In this document: in pieces, positions 1-11,569 of the stretch
Layout of the letters: each line of letters starts with the position of its first letter
Position numbering within the stretch: the stretch's first letter is position 1
Assembly: GCF_006345805.1 (NCBI RefSeq)
Contig: NC_043002.1
Coordinates: forward strand, 94,054,001-94,118,000
From: Octopus sinensis
Taxonomy: Eukaryota
DNA: 64,000 bases
Direction of reading: 5' to 3'
The notes under the pieces: model-generated
The model's input: the letters and a program-made list of their open reading frames with translations, nothing else
Told to the model about the DNA's origin: nothing
Database searches by the model: none
Translations under genes and position numbers: made by a program

Positions 1-1092
1 CACAGGTACCTCTGTGTGTCACTGGCATAGGTGCCTTTACGCATCACCAGTGTGGGTGCGTCTACATGTCACTGACACAGGCTACAACTATGATTTCACT
101 TGACTTGACTAGTCTTCTCAAGCACAGCAAACTGCCAAAGGCCTTGATGACTTGTCATCACCTCTGTGAGACCCAAAATTTGAAGATCATGCTTCACCAC
201 TTTGTCCCATTTCTTCTGGGTCTCCCTCCACAGAGATCAGCACTTTTTTTACACAGCTGTCCTTGTCCATATACATCACATGTTTGCCTGAGTTAGGGTC
301 TGAAAATTTAGTGGTGATAACAGAATTGAATGGATTAACTTGTATTCTGTTAATCAGCTAAATCAAAATGCGAGCATGAGGTGGTCCCTCACTTTTTGTT
401 TTGTTTTTACCATTCAATAGTGTGCATGTGGCATGTTACTGATCCCTAAATTTTGATTTTTGTTATTAAATTCACCGGTTTTAATAATTTTAAGTGAAAG
501 AAGCTTGGTGAGTCATTATGTCTGTGAATGAACATTTGTCTAGATAGTAGCTCATTCTGAATTTCCTTCCATTTAGCATTGCATACAAATGTGATAAATT
601 TAGTTTAGGCTTTTCATGCGAGTAATGTGGACTGTCTCCATGTTTTCAATGGCACACACAAGCACAAGTGGACAAATACATTGTGTAATTATGTAGTTGT
701 TAACTGCAGTGTTGTATATGTGTGGATACTAGTAGGTGGTTTGTTTTATGTTGTGATAGGCTATTGTAATTGAAGTTTGTTTTGTTTAGAACATGAAATC
801 TCTGATACTGTAGCAATGGTAAAATGTATCCAGTACACTATGTAAAGTGGTTAGTCTTAGGAAGGGCATGCCATAGAAACCATACCAAAACAGAAATGAA
901 TGAGTAAGCCTCAGTTTCCGGAGCATACCCAGGAGGACAATAACTTTGAATAAGAACCAACTCAAACTGATATATATATAATGGTACACACACTCTCTGG
1001 GTCTCAAGATATCATTGAAAGGTCTAACGTTAAATAATTTATGCGATTTTAGAAAATTTATTCTGATGTTGTTTAATTTTCTAATTTTCCAG

Positions 1093-1321
1093 ATAAAGTT
1101 GTTGGTGATACTATTTTGTATTATGGATGCCGAAACAAAGCTAATGACTTCCTTTATGAAGAAGAACTAAATCACTTTATTGAGCAGAAATCTTTGACCA
1201 AACTCCATTTGGCTTTCTCAAGAGACACTGCTAAAAAAGTCTATGTCCAACACCTTTTGATGGACAATCGGGAAGAAACTTGGAAATTATTGAGTTCAGG
1301 TGGACATATATATATCTGTGG
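1093..1321 (+). CDS. POR: NADPH-cytochrome P450 reductase, penultimate coding exon (NADPH-binding domain)
   Basis: ttttccag acceptor at 1091-1092 and gtaagt donor at 1322. Translation KVVGDTILYYGCRNKANDFLYEEEL...LHLAFSR...KVYVQHLL...GGHIYICG matches the remembered POR C-terminal motifs (LYYGCR, AFSR, KVYVQH, YxCG). Confidence 0.95.
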
Positions 1322-1399
1322 GTAAGTAAGACTACCAAACATGGAATTTGTTTTGAGTTGTAGAGTCTTTGTTATAATCTTTGTGAAATCTGGTTTGAG

Positions 1400-2718
1400 T
1401 TGTAGGAACTGAGTTGCTGTCTGGAAAGAGAAGTAACTTTTATTTTTACTTATGTTTAATGATGGATAGTGTTGATGCTGGAGTTAATTGTTTATTAGAA
1501 GTAGCCAATGGGTTTCTTTATGATTGTATTTTTCTACTGTAGAAGTGGTGAAGTAGGAACATATATTACAGTAAAAGCATTGCAGATAATTACTTTCACA
1601 AGGTTGTGGAAGAAATGCCTATACTTTGGCAAGAGCTGTTATAGATTTAGGAATAAGTAAAGAAGTAGGTGTGTTATTGCTTAGCTTGTACTGTTGAAGG
1701 AAAAATGAACAAGAATGTTCTTCCTTATTATAGAAGTATCCTCTTAATCATGTTTTCCTAAGGAAGAAAGTTTGGCAAAATTCTTAAAAGATGTAGTAAA
1801 TGAGTAAAAGCAGAAGTGCTAGGAAGAGAAGCAGGTGCCATTACATCAGTTATTGTTGTGTACATTCAAATCTGCCTCAGTCTAGCAGATTTTCACATGC
1901 AGAGAGTGTGCTGAATGACAAGGAGTAACCCATAGATCTATCTTCTCAGTTTGTACTATGTCTCTACCTAACTGATGTCTGAATTGCATGCACTGACATG
2001 CAATGATGAAGGATATTGGGTGCAATATGACAGTCTGGATATAAATGCTCTCTCCACTGTCTAATCTGTTTCTGATCACTTGTAAATTCTGGTAGTGGTC
2101 ACAGCAGCAGTGAACAAATGGACTCATTTGGAGTGCGACAGCTGCTGTTTCTCTGTGAAGTGTGTATCTCAACACAGTGTTTGGGGGCCAGTGAAGTTAT
2201 TGATGTCAGAGGTGTTTTTATGTGTATGTTCTTTGTTTGCCTGAGTTGAGTCAGAGAGAAGTTTTTCTAGGATGTTGTTGTAGTAATTCTCTGCAGTGTT
2301 GTATATGGGTCTCGATGTACAGAGAAGTTAAAAGTTTTTCATGTTGTAACAGGAACTGCCTGTGTTGAAGCTTACTGCAGCTACAAACTGTGCCTTCCTT
2401 TTACATCTTTAGGTGGCCTTTCATGTTTTTATGTCTTGTAAGTAGTCTGGGTGTGACTTGTGTACAACCTGTTATGTTCACTGTTTTGTGTCCTTTGTAG
2501 TTTACTGCGGAGAGATTGGAGGCTCAAATCTGGCATAGTCCATAAAGAATATAGTGTATTTTTTGTACACAATTATTTCTTTTTGTTGGCTAGATGTGAT
2601 ACTTGTGATTGCTCAAAGTATGCTTGTGTGCTATTTTCCCTTCTTTACTGTTTCTGTGTTGTGAATGTTGTAAAGGAATGCTTTGTTATTCTTTGTATTT
2701 TTGCTTTCTGCATGTATA

Positions 2719-2754
<36 letters not shown>

Positions 2755-2960
2755 TAATTGAGTATGTTGATTGGTTGTATTTGATGTTCTCTAGTATTGC
2801 TGGTAAGAAGCAGGACATTAGATTTGGTCAGTGCTACTTCAAGTCTGTTGTTGGGAAGCCAGGTTTTTAGGTGATTTCTCTCAGGCTGGAATAGTTATAT
2901 GACAGTGTCTGGAGAATGGTAGCGGAATGTGAGTATGATACATATGAGGCTGTATGTATG
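1400..2960 (-). mobile_element. Probable heavily decayed LINE reverse-transcriptase remnant, antisense in the POR intron
   Basis: Sustained G+T strand skew and faint RT-like peptide traces on the minus strand; no intact motif. Confidence 0.3.
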
Positions 2961-3011
2961 TTTTGTGGTGGGCATTGAGGAAGTTGTGAAGTTATATGTT
3001 GAAAAGAGAAT

Positions 3012-3248
3012 AAGGCGGCGAGCTGGCAGACACGTTAGCGCGCCGGGCGAAATGCTTAGCAATATTTCGTCTGTCGTTACGTTCTGAGTTCAAATTCCGC
3101 CGAGGTCGACTTTACCTTTCATCCTTTCGTGGTTGATAAATAAATAAAGTACCAGTTTTGCACTGGGGTCGATGTAATCGACTTAATCCCTTTGTCTGTC
3201 CTTGTTTGTCCCCTCTATGTTTAGCCCCTTGTAGGCAATAAAGAAATA
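3012..3248 (+). mobile_element. tRNA-derived SINE, family A (about 235 bp), full length
   Basis: Head AAGGCGGCGAGCTGGCAGA (A-box-like), GAGTTCAAATTCC (B-box-like), tail ...GCCCCTTGT...AAAGAAATA. About 20 related copies in the window. Probable TSD tatatgttgaaaa. Confidence 0.9.
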
Positions 3249-3457
3249 TATATGTTGAAAAAAGTGGGTGAAAAGATGAATCCCTGTGGTACTCAATTCT
3301 GACAATTACAATTTCTGGAAATTTCATTCTGTAAGTTTAGTGATAACTCTAGGTTTTAATGTTTTAGGTATTTGTGATTTTACAATCAGTTAGATAGAAT
3401 TGGTGTGGAGTTGCTATGTGTAAAGTAAGTGTTATAAATGTTCTCATTATTATTATT

Positions 3458-3625
3458 AAGGCAGCGATCTAGCAGAATCATTAGCATGTTGGGCAAAATG
3501 CTTAGTGGCATTTTGTCTATCTTAAGAGTCTGAGTTCAAATTCCACTGAGGTTGGCTCTGCATTTCATCCCTTTGGGGTTGATAAAATTAGTACTAATTG
3601 AGCACTAAGGTCGATGTATTGTAAT
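3458..3625 (+). mobile_element. SINE family A, diverged partial copy
   Basis: Recognisable head, B box and body. Confidence 0.75.
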
Positions 3626-4023
3626 TGATTTACTATCTCTCTTGAAATCGATGGCCTTGTGCCAGAATTTGAAACCATTATTTATAATGCTTTTTAAACT
3701 TTTCTCTATTTCTGACTCTGATTCTTTATCCATCTCTCTATCTGTCTCTCTTTTCCATTTCTTATTACCTTTTTCCAAACTATCACATTTTACAATAGCC
3801 TCACTAATTTGTGCTAAACATCTTATGGAAGTTCTAGATATAGTAATGCATTTATAAACAATAATTTTCTGTTTACTCCTTACTACCCTGTGAGGGATCA
3901 GAAAATGTATTTTCCCTTTTAAAGTTTCCTCGTCTCAACCTATTGCTATTCTGTTTGCCAAAGTCTGTTCTGATAATTGATGTTTGACATAGTAATATTT
4001 TGTAACACTTTCCAAATCTGCAC

Positions 4024-4451
4024 TGAGTGGCTGTGTGGTGGTAAGAAGCTTGCTTCCCAACCACATGGTTTTGGGTCCAGTCCCATTGCGATACACCTTG
4101 GGCAATTGTCTTCTACTATATCCTCAGCCCTACCAAAACCTTGTGAGTAGATTTGGTAGACAGAAACTGAAATAAGCTCGTTGTATATATATATATATAT
4201 AATAAATATTAGGGAATAAATTCAAAATTACAGGGAAAAAATCAGATTTAGGATTAAATCCAATTTTATAGTAAAATATTATATAATATTAATTAGAGAC
4301 AAAACCACTATTTTGCAAAACAAACAAGGAAAGACTTAATCAATACATAAAATTTTTATAAAAAGTTAAAAAAAAGTTAACTTTTTTTATTAAAATTTTA
4401 TGTATTGATTAAGTCTTTCCTTGTTTTGCAAAATAGTGGTTTTGTCTCTAA

Positions 4452-4489
<38 letters not shown>

Positions 4490-4685
4490 TATTTGTGTCT
4501 GTGTTTGTCCCCCCTACATTGCTTGACAACCGATGCTGGTGTGTTTATGTCCCCATCACTTAGCAGTTTGGCAAAAAGAGACACCGATAGAATAAGTCCT
4601 GGGGATTGATTTGTTCAACTAAAGGTGGTGCTCCAGCATGGCTGCAGTCAAATGACTGAAACAAGTAAAAGAATAAAAGAATAAA
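4024..4685 (+). mobile_element. tRNA-derived SINE family B: head, interrupted (TA)n, tail
   Basis: Head gagtggctgtgtggtaagaagcttgcttcccaaccacatgg..., related to 7948-8110. The 3' module ends ...gactgaaacaagtaaaagaataaaagaataa. Confidence 0.8.
4280..4464. repeat. Inverted repeat/hairpin, about 75-bp arms
   Basis: 4280-4356 is the reverse complement of 4392-4464 apart from one 4-bp indel. Confidence 0.9.
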
Positions 4686-5038
4686 AAGTCAGTTTATTGA
4701 CATCATTTATGTAGTCAATCTGTTATTTCTAGTCAACACAGAAGGAACAAATCAATCTAAGCAAGCATTTAAACTGTCCATATTGGCCAAAATATTCTAC
4801 CTATTTATGTCCAAACTGACCAAATCTGTCTTCTCACATCTAATCTACAATGTCAGTATAAAAAATAAACTATGACATCATTGAAATCTCAAGGCTACAA
4901 GATAATGCAGGATAAATTCAAAATCTTGTTAATAAATAAGTGTTACATTTGAGTGAGGAACCTGAATGCTAAAGGGTTGAATATAATTTTCTTTTTCCCT
5001 TGTTTTACTTACTGGAAAACATTGTCTTTGCATTACAG

Positions 5039-5186
5039 TGATGCACGTAATATGGCCCGTGATGTCTACGACACATTGATATCAATAATAATGGAGTTTG
5101 CTAAGTTACCTAGCAAGCCTGAAGCTGTTGAATACATGAAGAAGATCCAAGCAAAAGGTGGTTATTCCTGTGATGTATGGAGCTGA
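5039..5186 (+). CDS. POR: NADPH-cytochrome P450 reductase, terminal coding exon
   Basis: ttacag acceptor at 5037-5038. Splice phase fits the previous exon (gg|t = Gly). Encodes DARNMARDV...KGGYSCDVWS*, the POR C-terminus with Asp and Trp retained. Confidence 0.95.
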
Positions 5187-5287
5187 AAAAGAAAGTTATA
5201 TTTCTACACATAAACAAATTTATAAACACACATTATATTCATATGTTTTTTTTTTAATGAAATGTTATTTCTTTAACAAACGCTGAT

Positions 5288-5293
5288 AATAAA
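5288..5293 (+). promoter_or_regulatory. Candidate polyadenylation signal of POR
   Basis: AATAAA about 100 nt after the POR stop codon. Confidence 0.45.
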
Positions 5294-5609
5294 AAATATT
5301 TTTAAGACTAACCTTTACAGATGGAGTGAAAAGGAATTTATTTTATATGATAATCAATATTGAAAATAGTAAATGCATCATAAGTATCAAGAACTCTATG
5401 CAGATAATTTCAATATATACAAATACATACATTCGTACCATGATCATTGTTTTTACATTCGCTTTTTACATTTGGTATGTATTGGGTGAAAATTCTTGAG
5501 ACTTTATACAATGGTTGGATGTTCTTGCTGATGTCAGACCTTACTTTTTTTCTTTTTTTTTTTTTTGCAAGTAAGATTCTTTCTCTGTCTTCACTTATTG
5601 AACCATTAA

Positions 5610-5829
5610 CCCTTTCGTTACAGTATTTATTTTGAGATGCTCTGTGTTTCTTTCAATTATTTTAAATATAACAAGAATTTAGTAAAATAACTTAGTTATC
5701 ATTAAACAAGTGTTAGGAACATAAATTGTGACTAAGGTTTGGTGGTATATTTTAATGCAAAACTTATGCAAACAAGACATTTGTACTACAGAGCCAGAGC
5801 TGGTTTTGGCCGGGTTGGTAACGAAAGGG
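5610..5829. mobile_element. piggyBac-type MITE
   Basis: TTAA at 5606-5609 and 5830-5833; TIR CCCTTTCGTTAC / GTAACGAAAGGG. Confidence 0.85.
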
Positions 5830-6737
5830 TTAAGCTACAAAACATTTTGTTTATGGTGAACATAAACAATGTCACCATAGCTGAAGCTGTCTCTTCACAT
5901 TGACATAAGGAGACACACACACACACACACTGGTTTCCTTATAGTTTCTGTTAACAAAATTTCACTTGCAGGCTATTGGTCAACTCAATGTGTCAGAAGA
6001 TGACACTTGTCCTAGATACCACACTGTAGAATTGAACCTGAAACCTCTTTGTTGCAAAGCTAGTGCTTTAACCTTTTGGACTTGCTTGTGTACCATCATT
6101 TAACATCTACATCCCCCCACCCGCTTTCTCAGTTACTTTCCTTCCCCCACCCTAAACCACTTCAATTTGTTATCTTCCCCTGCCTGCTGTCTCCACCAAC
6201 CACCTCCTTTCTCTGAATTCTCTCCCCTGTGCTGTTCTCCATCATTAACATCCCACTTATCTGCAATTACTCTCAGTGTCCTCACATATCTACTGCAAAC
6301 CGTGCTCCAGAGTCTCTTCTATATTTCCCTCCATCATTTGCTACAGTCACCTCTATCCTGTCCAAACCTCTGTATCACCTCACTTATTCTCACTACCCTC
6401 AATATCCCTCGAGGGCATGTCCTGCCACATCTTTGCCACCATTTCTATCACTGTTACTCTTTTTATCTTACCCTCTGACCCACCTGCTGTCTATATCTTA
6501 CTAACCCACCTTTCTCTTCCAACCAAGTGGGATATAAATATATCTACTCTACAGCAAGATATCTATCTCTGTCTCTTTATACCATTAATCTCTCATCAAC
6601 TAGCAAAATGCCAGTCCCCTACTTTCTCAATGCTACCTCACTCCTGCCAGTTGTCAAGGTTTTGTCTTGCAATTTACTTGGTAAACCTGTCAGTGATGGT
6701 GCTGTATAAAAAAAGCACTGGTTCTGGTGCCATATAT

Positions 6738-6969
6738 GTTTCTTTATTATCCACAAGGGGCTAAACATAGAAGGGGACAAACAAGGACAGACAAACGGAT
6801 TAAGTCGATTACATTGACCCCAGTGCGTAACTGGTACTTATTTAATTGACCCTGAAAGAATAAAAGGCAAAGTTGACCTCGGCGGGGTTTGAACCCAGAA
6901 CGTAACGGCAGACGAAATACAGCTACGCATTTCGTCCGGCGTGCTAACGTTTCTGCTAGCTCGCTGCCT
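6738..6969 (-). mobile_element. SINE family A, full length
   Basis: Reverse complement of the family A consensus. Confidence 0.9.
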
Positions 6970-6989
6970 CTGGTGCCATATAGAAAGCA

Positions 6990-7150
6990 GTCAGTGCACA
7001 CTGTAAAGTGTTTGGTGTTAGGAAGGGCACCCAACCATAGAAACCTTGCCATAACAGACAATGAAGCCTGGTGTGGGTCCTGGCCTTGCCAGCTCCTGTC
7101 AAACTGTCTAACCCATGTCAGTATGGAAAACGGATGTTAAATGACGATTA
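6990..7150 (+). mobile_element. SINE/LINE 3'-tail module (RTE-like tail)
   Basis: ...ggaagggcacccaaccatagaaacc...catgtcagtatggaaaacggatgttaaatgacgat; a related fragment lies at about 835-900. Confidence 0.5.
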
Positions 7151-7554
7151 TGATTAACATACTTTCATGGACCAGACAGTATTAGTTCAAGCAGATTCTC
7201 TGACCCAGTGCTTTTCCTGTCACTAGCCCTCACCTGTTTTCAAGCAATATATTTTCCATTAGTCTGAACATTAAATTAAAATAACCCTTTATCTTTCATA
7301 CTTAATATATATATACAGACTGTCAGGCTAGTTATTAAGGTATTTGTCCTGAGATAACATCTGTTATGGATGTCCTGTGTTAAAAGTGCAAAATAGATCA
7401 GGGGAAAAAAATTCGTCCCTGCAGCAGCCAGTGAGAATGCTAGATGTGTTTTGGCCTTTTTGTGTCTTTTCAGTGGTCAGTACTCAGCCAGCTACATGCT
7501 TGGGCAAGAATTCATCACCTCAGACATAGGGGGGAAAATAAAATGAATAAAATA

Positions 7555-7865
7555 TATGTTGGGACTCTGGTTATGATGAGTGTCCCAGTTTATTCGATGA
7601 AGTGAACAGTCTGTTTATAAAATTAACGTGCAATTGACCGAGCACTCCACAGACACCTGTACCCTTAACGTAGTTCTCAGGAAGATTCGGTGTTATAAGG
7701 CTGGCCCTTTGAATTACAGGTACAACTCCTTTTTTACAGCTTAATGGATTGGAGAAATGAGAAACGGTGTCTTGCTGAAGGGTGAATAGTGTCTTGCTGC
7801 TGGGAATTTAACTCTCAACCTTATGGTTGCGAGCCGAATAGCCTAACCACTAAGACACTTGCCGT
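7555..7865 (-). mobile_element. tRNA-derived SINE family C, diverged
   Basis: Colinear with 60851-61177 (cccttaacgtagttctc...ggctggccctttgaa...cctaaccactaag). Confidence 0.75.
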
Positions 7866-7947
7866 CACTGCCTGCCTGCCTGCGTGCGTGCGTGCCTGCC
7901 TGTCTGTCTGTGCACATGTATATACGTCTCTGTGTGTGTGTATAAAT

Positions 7948-8107
7948 GTAGGAGTGGTTGTGTGGTAAGAAGCTTGCTTACCAACCACATGGTTCCGGAT
8001 TCAGTCCCACTGTGTGGCACGTTGGGCAAATGTCTTCTACTATAGCCTCGGGCCAACCAAAGCCTTGTGAGTGGATTTGGTAGACGGATACTGAAAGAAG
8101 CCCGTTG

Positions 8108-8110
<3 letters not shown>
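7948..8110 (+). mobile_element. SINE family B head
   Basis: aggagtggttgtgtggtaagaagcttgcttaccaaccacatggttccgg...ctgaaagaagcccg followed by (TA)n. Confidence 0.85.
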
Positions 8111-8160
<50 letters not shown>

Positions 8161-8409
8161 TGACTAATCCAGAAACGTACGTTCTCAAATAACCTTTGCA
8201 CTTGATTTTTTAATGTTTTTTCCCCCATACTTTTGTGAGTTAGTTTAGGCAAACACTATCTGAGAGAGATCTTCTTTAAGTATTAGAAATAGCTGAAGAA
8301 ATTTCTTTAGCTGCTATTTCTAATGAGTTCAGTATGTGGCAAAGTAATTTATTTTACTAAGCCCTTATATATAATATATATATATATATATAAAACACCC
8401 ACATAATAT

Positions 8410-8545
8410 ATACGACGGGCTTCTTTCAGTTTCCGTCTACCAAATCCACTCACAAGGCTTTGGTTGGCCCGAGGCTATAGTACAACACACTTACCCAAGG
8501 TGCCACGCAGCTACTTACCACACAGTCACTCCTGCGCCTATAAAG
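8410..8545 (-). mobile_element. SINE family B head, inverted relative to 7948-8110
   Basis: cgacgggcttctttcagtttccgtctaccaaatccactcacaaggctttggttggcccgaggctatag. Confidence 0.85.
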
Positions 8546-9589
8546 TTACTGCGCCATCAGTAACTTTATATACTCTTTTACTCTTTTACTTGTTTCAGTC
8601 ATTTGACTGCGGCCATGCTGGAGCACACTGTTGAATTGTGCCAGTGACGAAAGCTAAAAGTGAACTGGCCGATAGATTGGTGAACAGAATAGTTCCTCCA
8701 TCAGGCTTTCTTCTTGCTCAGTTTCCCCTGAAAAGTTCTGGTTGAACTTTGGCTATGGTAGAATACAATTTTACAAGGTATCACGCAATTGTAGTGAACC
8801 GAAAACAAGCTTTGGCCTTGTTTAAAAATATCGAATACAAACGACAAAAACGCTTTCTATTTTTCTTAAGGTGAAAGCTCAGTGTATCCACATGATAAAA
8901 TGCGAGGACAATGATAGGAAGATAGCATACTTTCCAATCGAGACAATAGTCATTGTTACTAGACTTTACTCATCGTTAAACATATGCTACTATGAATGTT
9001 CGAGCGAGTTAATGGATTTGGCTAAAATAGGTAAGTGGATTAAGGCCAGTAGCTATTTGATATAAGAGATGGTGCTTCAGTGATGGTGGTAATGGGTGCA
9101 GTATGCAATAAAGCCACCAAGTGGAAGGCCTTTGACTGATATCAATCTGATTTTTTTTTTCAATGGGTTGAAAATAAATTGATTCATTGTTTTACGATCC
9201 CAAAATAGATAAAAGACAATGACCTTTCTCACTGCATTTATTATCAACAATTATAAAATTAGAATTTTAGGATTGTCTTAAAAAAAAAAACAATTACCAG
9301 GATCTTTCGCTATACGGACGTTGAACTTTCTGATAATCTTGCTGTTACACGAAATCCTGTATTGCAAAATAAATTTTCTCATTGCTTTTCACGTTATAAT
9401 ATCAGATACGGCGAGTGACGCATTCAGTTTCCAATAACAGGGACCCTGCCTATAAAGCTAATCTATGATGACCTTACAGATCACAATTTTGTGGTCTATG
9501 TAGTCGACGATTTTAAAACGTGGACAACCTATACTGTCCCCGTTTACTATCCTACAGAATACTCGATCTAGAGATGACCATATGCGGTT

Positions 9590-9800
9590 TGTTCATGTCT
9601 GCATTAGCACACTCGGGAAATCCAGTCGGTACCTGTCAGACAACTGGAGATGTCTGAGAAAGTTTGCGAGGTTTTTGCTTCTCTTCTCAGCGCTACGCAA
9701 CCTAAAAGAACATCTAAGATGACGTTCCAGTCGCCCACTAACACTAAAGAGCGGGACGTTCCTAGGAAATCCTGACACCCGAAGAAATCAGGCTATGCTC
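9590..9800 (-). mobile_element. L1/Tx1-clade APE endonuclease fragment
   Basis: Homologous to 14087-14482 and 15259-15519 (FRLxxxxA...FLRHL...SVLM). Confidence 0.55.
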
Positions 9801-10009
9801 CCTCTGTCGGATCTTAAAAGCTACAACGAGTCTAAAGACACCCTTTTCGTTACTCGCGTTCAGGACTCCCAATCTCGGTCGAAGTGTGCAACAAAAATTG
9901 ACATGAAGGCTTGCGGAAAGTTTGGGGAGAGAAAGTGGGAAGACATAGTTCCGAAATACATTCATACGACACAACACCAAACATCTGATTTAAATTCGAT
10001 AGGGTTTTT

Positions 10010-10650
10010 CTAAGGATGTGGGCGGTACTTGACAACACAGCCTTTTTGGATTTCTTTGACAAATGGCTCTAATGGGATGCTGTCTAGATTTTTCTGATAC
10101 CTCCTTTTTATCATTCCAAGGGTACCTGTAATAACACGGACGGTTTTCCCTTTAAGTCTTTTGTATTTCAATTTTTAGATCCTTATATTTACTGAGCTTG
10201 TCAAATTCTTTGATAGACATTTTTATCAGAGGGGAAACTTATATATATCAGTTTAGAAATACTTTGTTCCCCCTCTTTAATGAATATGTCTGGTCGATTA
10301 TCCTGATTTGTTCTGTCAGCGTAGACTAGAAAATCCCAGAGGATGGTGATATTTTCGCTTTTCAGCCTTTGGTTCGGATACTGTTCGTACCAGTTAGCAG
10401 GAGTGCCGATATAATAGTGTTTACATGTTTTTCAATGTAAATACTACACTAACCTATTGTGGCAATTTTTATATTCGTTTAGTGTTAGCACAAGACAGCC
10501 GGAAACAAGATGGTTTGTTGTTTCATCAAATTTGTTGCAGAATCTGCGTTTTGGGTTTGCACCGTTTTTAAGAATATTTGCCAGGTAATTTCTGGCAAAC
10601 AAACTTTGGTCTTGTGCTGTCACTTTGAAACCTTCAGTTGCTGTTTTCAA
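10010..10650 (-). mobile_element. RLE-type (R4/Dong/NeSL-like) non-LTR retrotransposon 3' fragment
   Basis: TEGFKVTAQDQSLFARNY...RFCNKFDETTNHLVSGC resembles the AQDQ / CCHC-knuckle region. Downstream KLSKYKDLKIE and VITGTLG are RLE motifs. Confidence 0.75.
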
Positions 10651-11569
10651 TCATGAACTCCTCAGCCACTGATAGGTTGTTTTTTGGTCATTATCAGCCT
10701 TTTGGCTTCGAAGGACATATTGTCTTCGCAGGGAGTTCTGGCTCAACCGCTCAAGTCGTTTCTGTCTGTTCTTTTTAAAAGTTTGATTATTTTGCTTGCT
10801 TAGTAGTAGCGATTTCAAGTTCAATATCCAATCGGGATTAACGTCACGTTCCCATATTATTCTTATTATTATTAACGGTGGAAGTAACAGCAACAAAAGC
10901 ACATTACCGACAACAACAGTAGAAGCCTCCTAAACAACGACAACAAAAGAACAAAGCAGACACACCCACGAAATATGCTACCCTGCTTTGGGACCTTCAG
11001 ACATGCCGTTCAGATGACACACAAGACCCTAAATGACGAAAATTGCCTAACAGAAAGATAACAAAAACCAGAAAAAGCACTATGGCAACAAAAAGGCACG
11101 AAAGTCCAAAAGCAAAGGATATACATTTAAACAATACATCAACACTGCCTGCAACGTAAACACCAACACTATCAACACCACCACCACCACCACCACCATC
11201 ACATCCAACAAAAGCCAATTCACACCTACACCAACAGCGAAAACAGCACTCGCAACACAAAGGAAAAAGATGAAATCATTAACTCCCCTACCGTAGACAA
11301 AAACTTAATGAATTCATTAACGAAAACAAATATTACGTTGACTACATCGCATCAACATATAGCATACCGACACGCGTAAAAATCGTCAGAACCACACATT
11401 TTAAGAATCAGATGTCCCAATCGAATAAATTTCTATAACAATATTAACAAAATATTCTAAGTTTGCCCGAAGAAACACGCACAACTAGTCGGGAGGATGG
11501 AACACCCGTCCTTCTACATGAATAATGTAAATGGTTCTTCACAAATTCCTCCTTCTTATTCAGCATAAC

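Noticed and set aside
5150-5186. POR C-terminus GGYSCDVWS instead of the usual GRYSLDVWS
   Set aside because: The catalytic Cys (YICG), Asp and terminal Trp-Ser are intact; a single substitution cannot be told apart from ordinary divergence or sequencing error.
6167-6764. Overlapping 90-160 aa ORFs
   Set aside because: They come from a C/T-rich strand-skewed tract that lacks stop codons by composition; no domain signal.
9300-9560. Possible transposase relic (IISDTAS)
   Set aside because: The similarity is too short to support a call.
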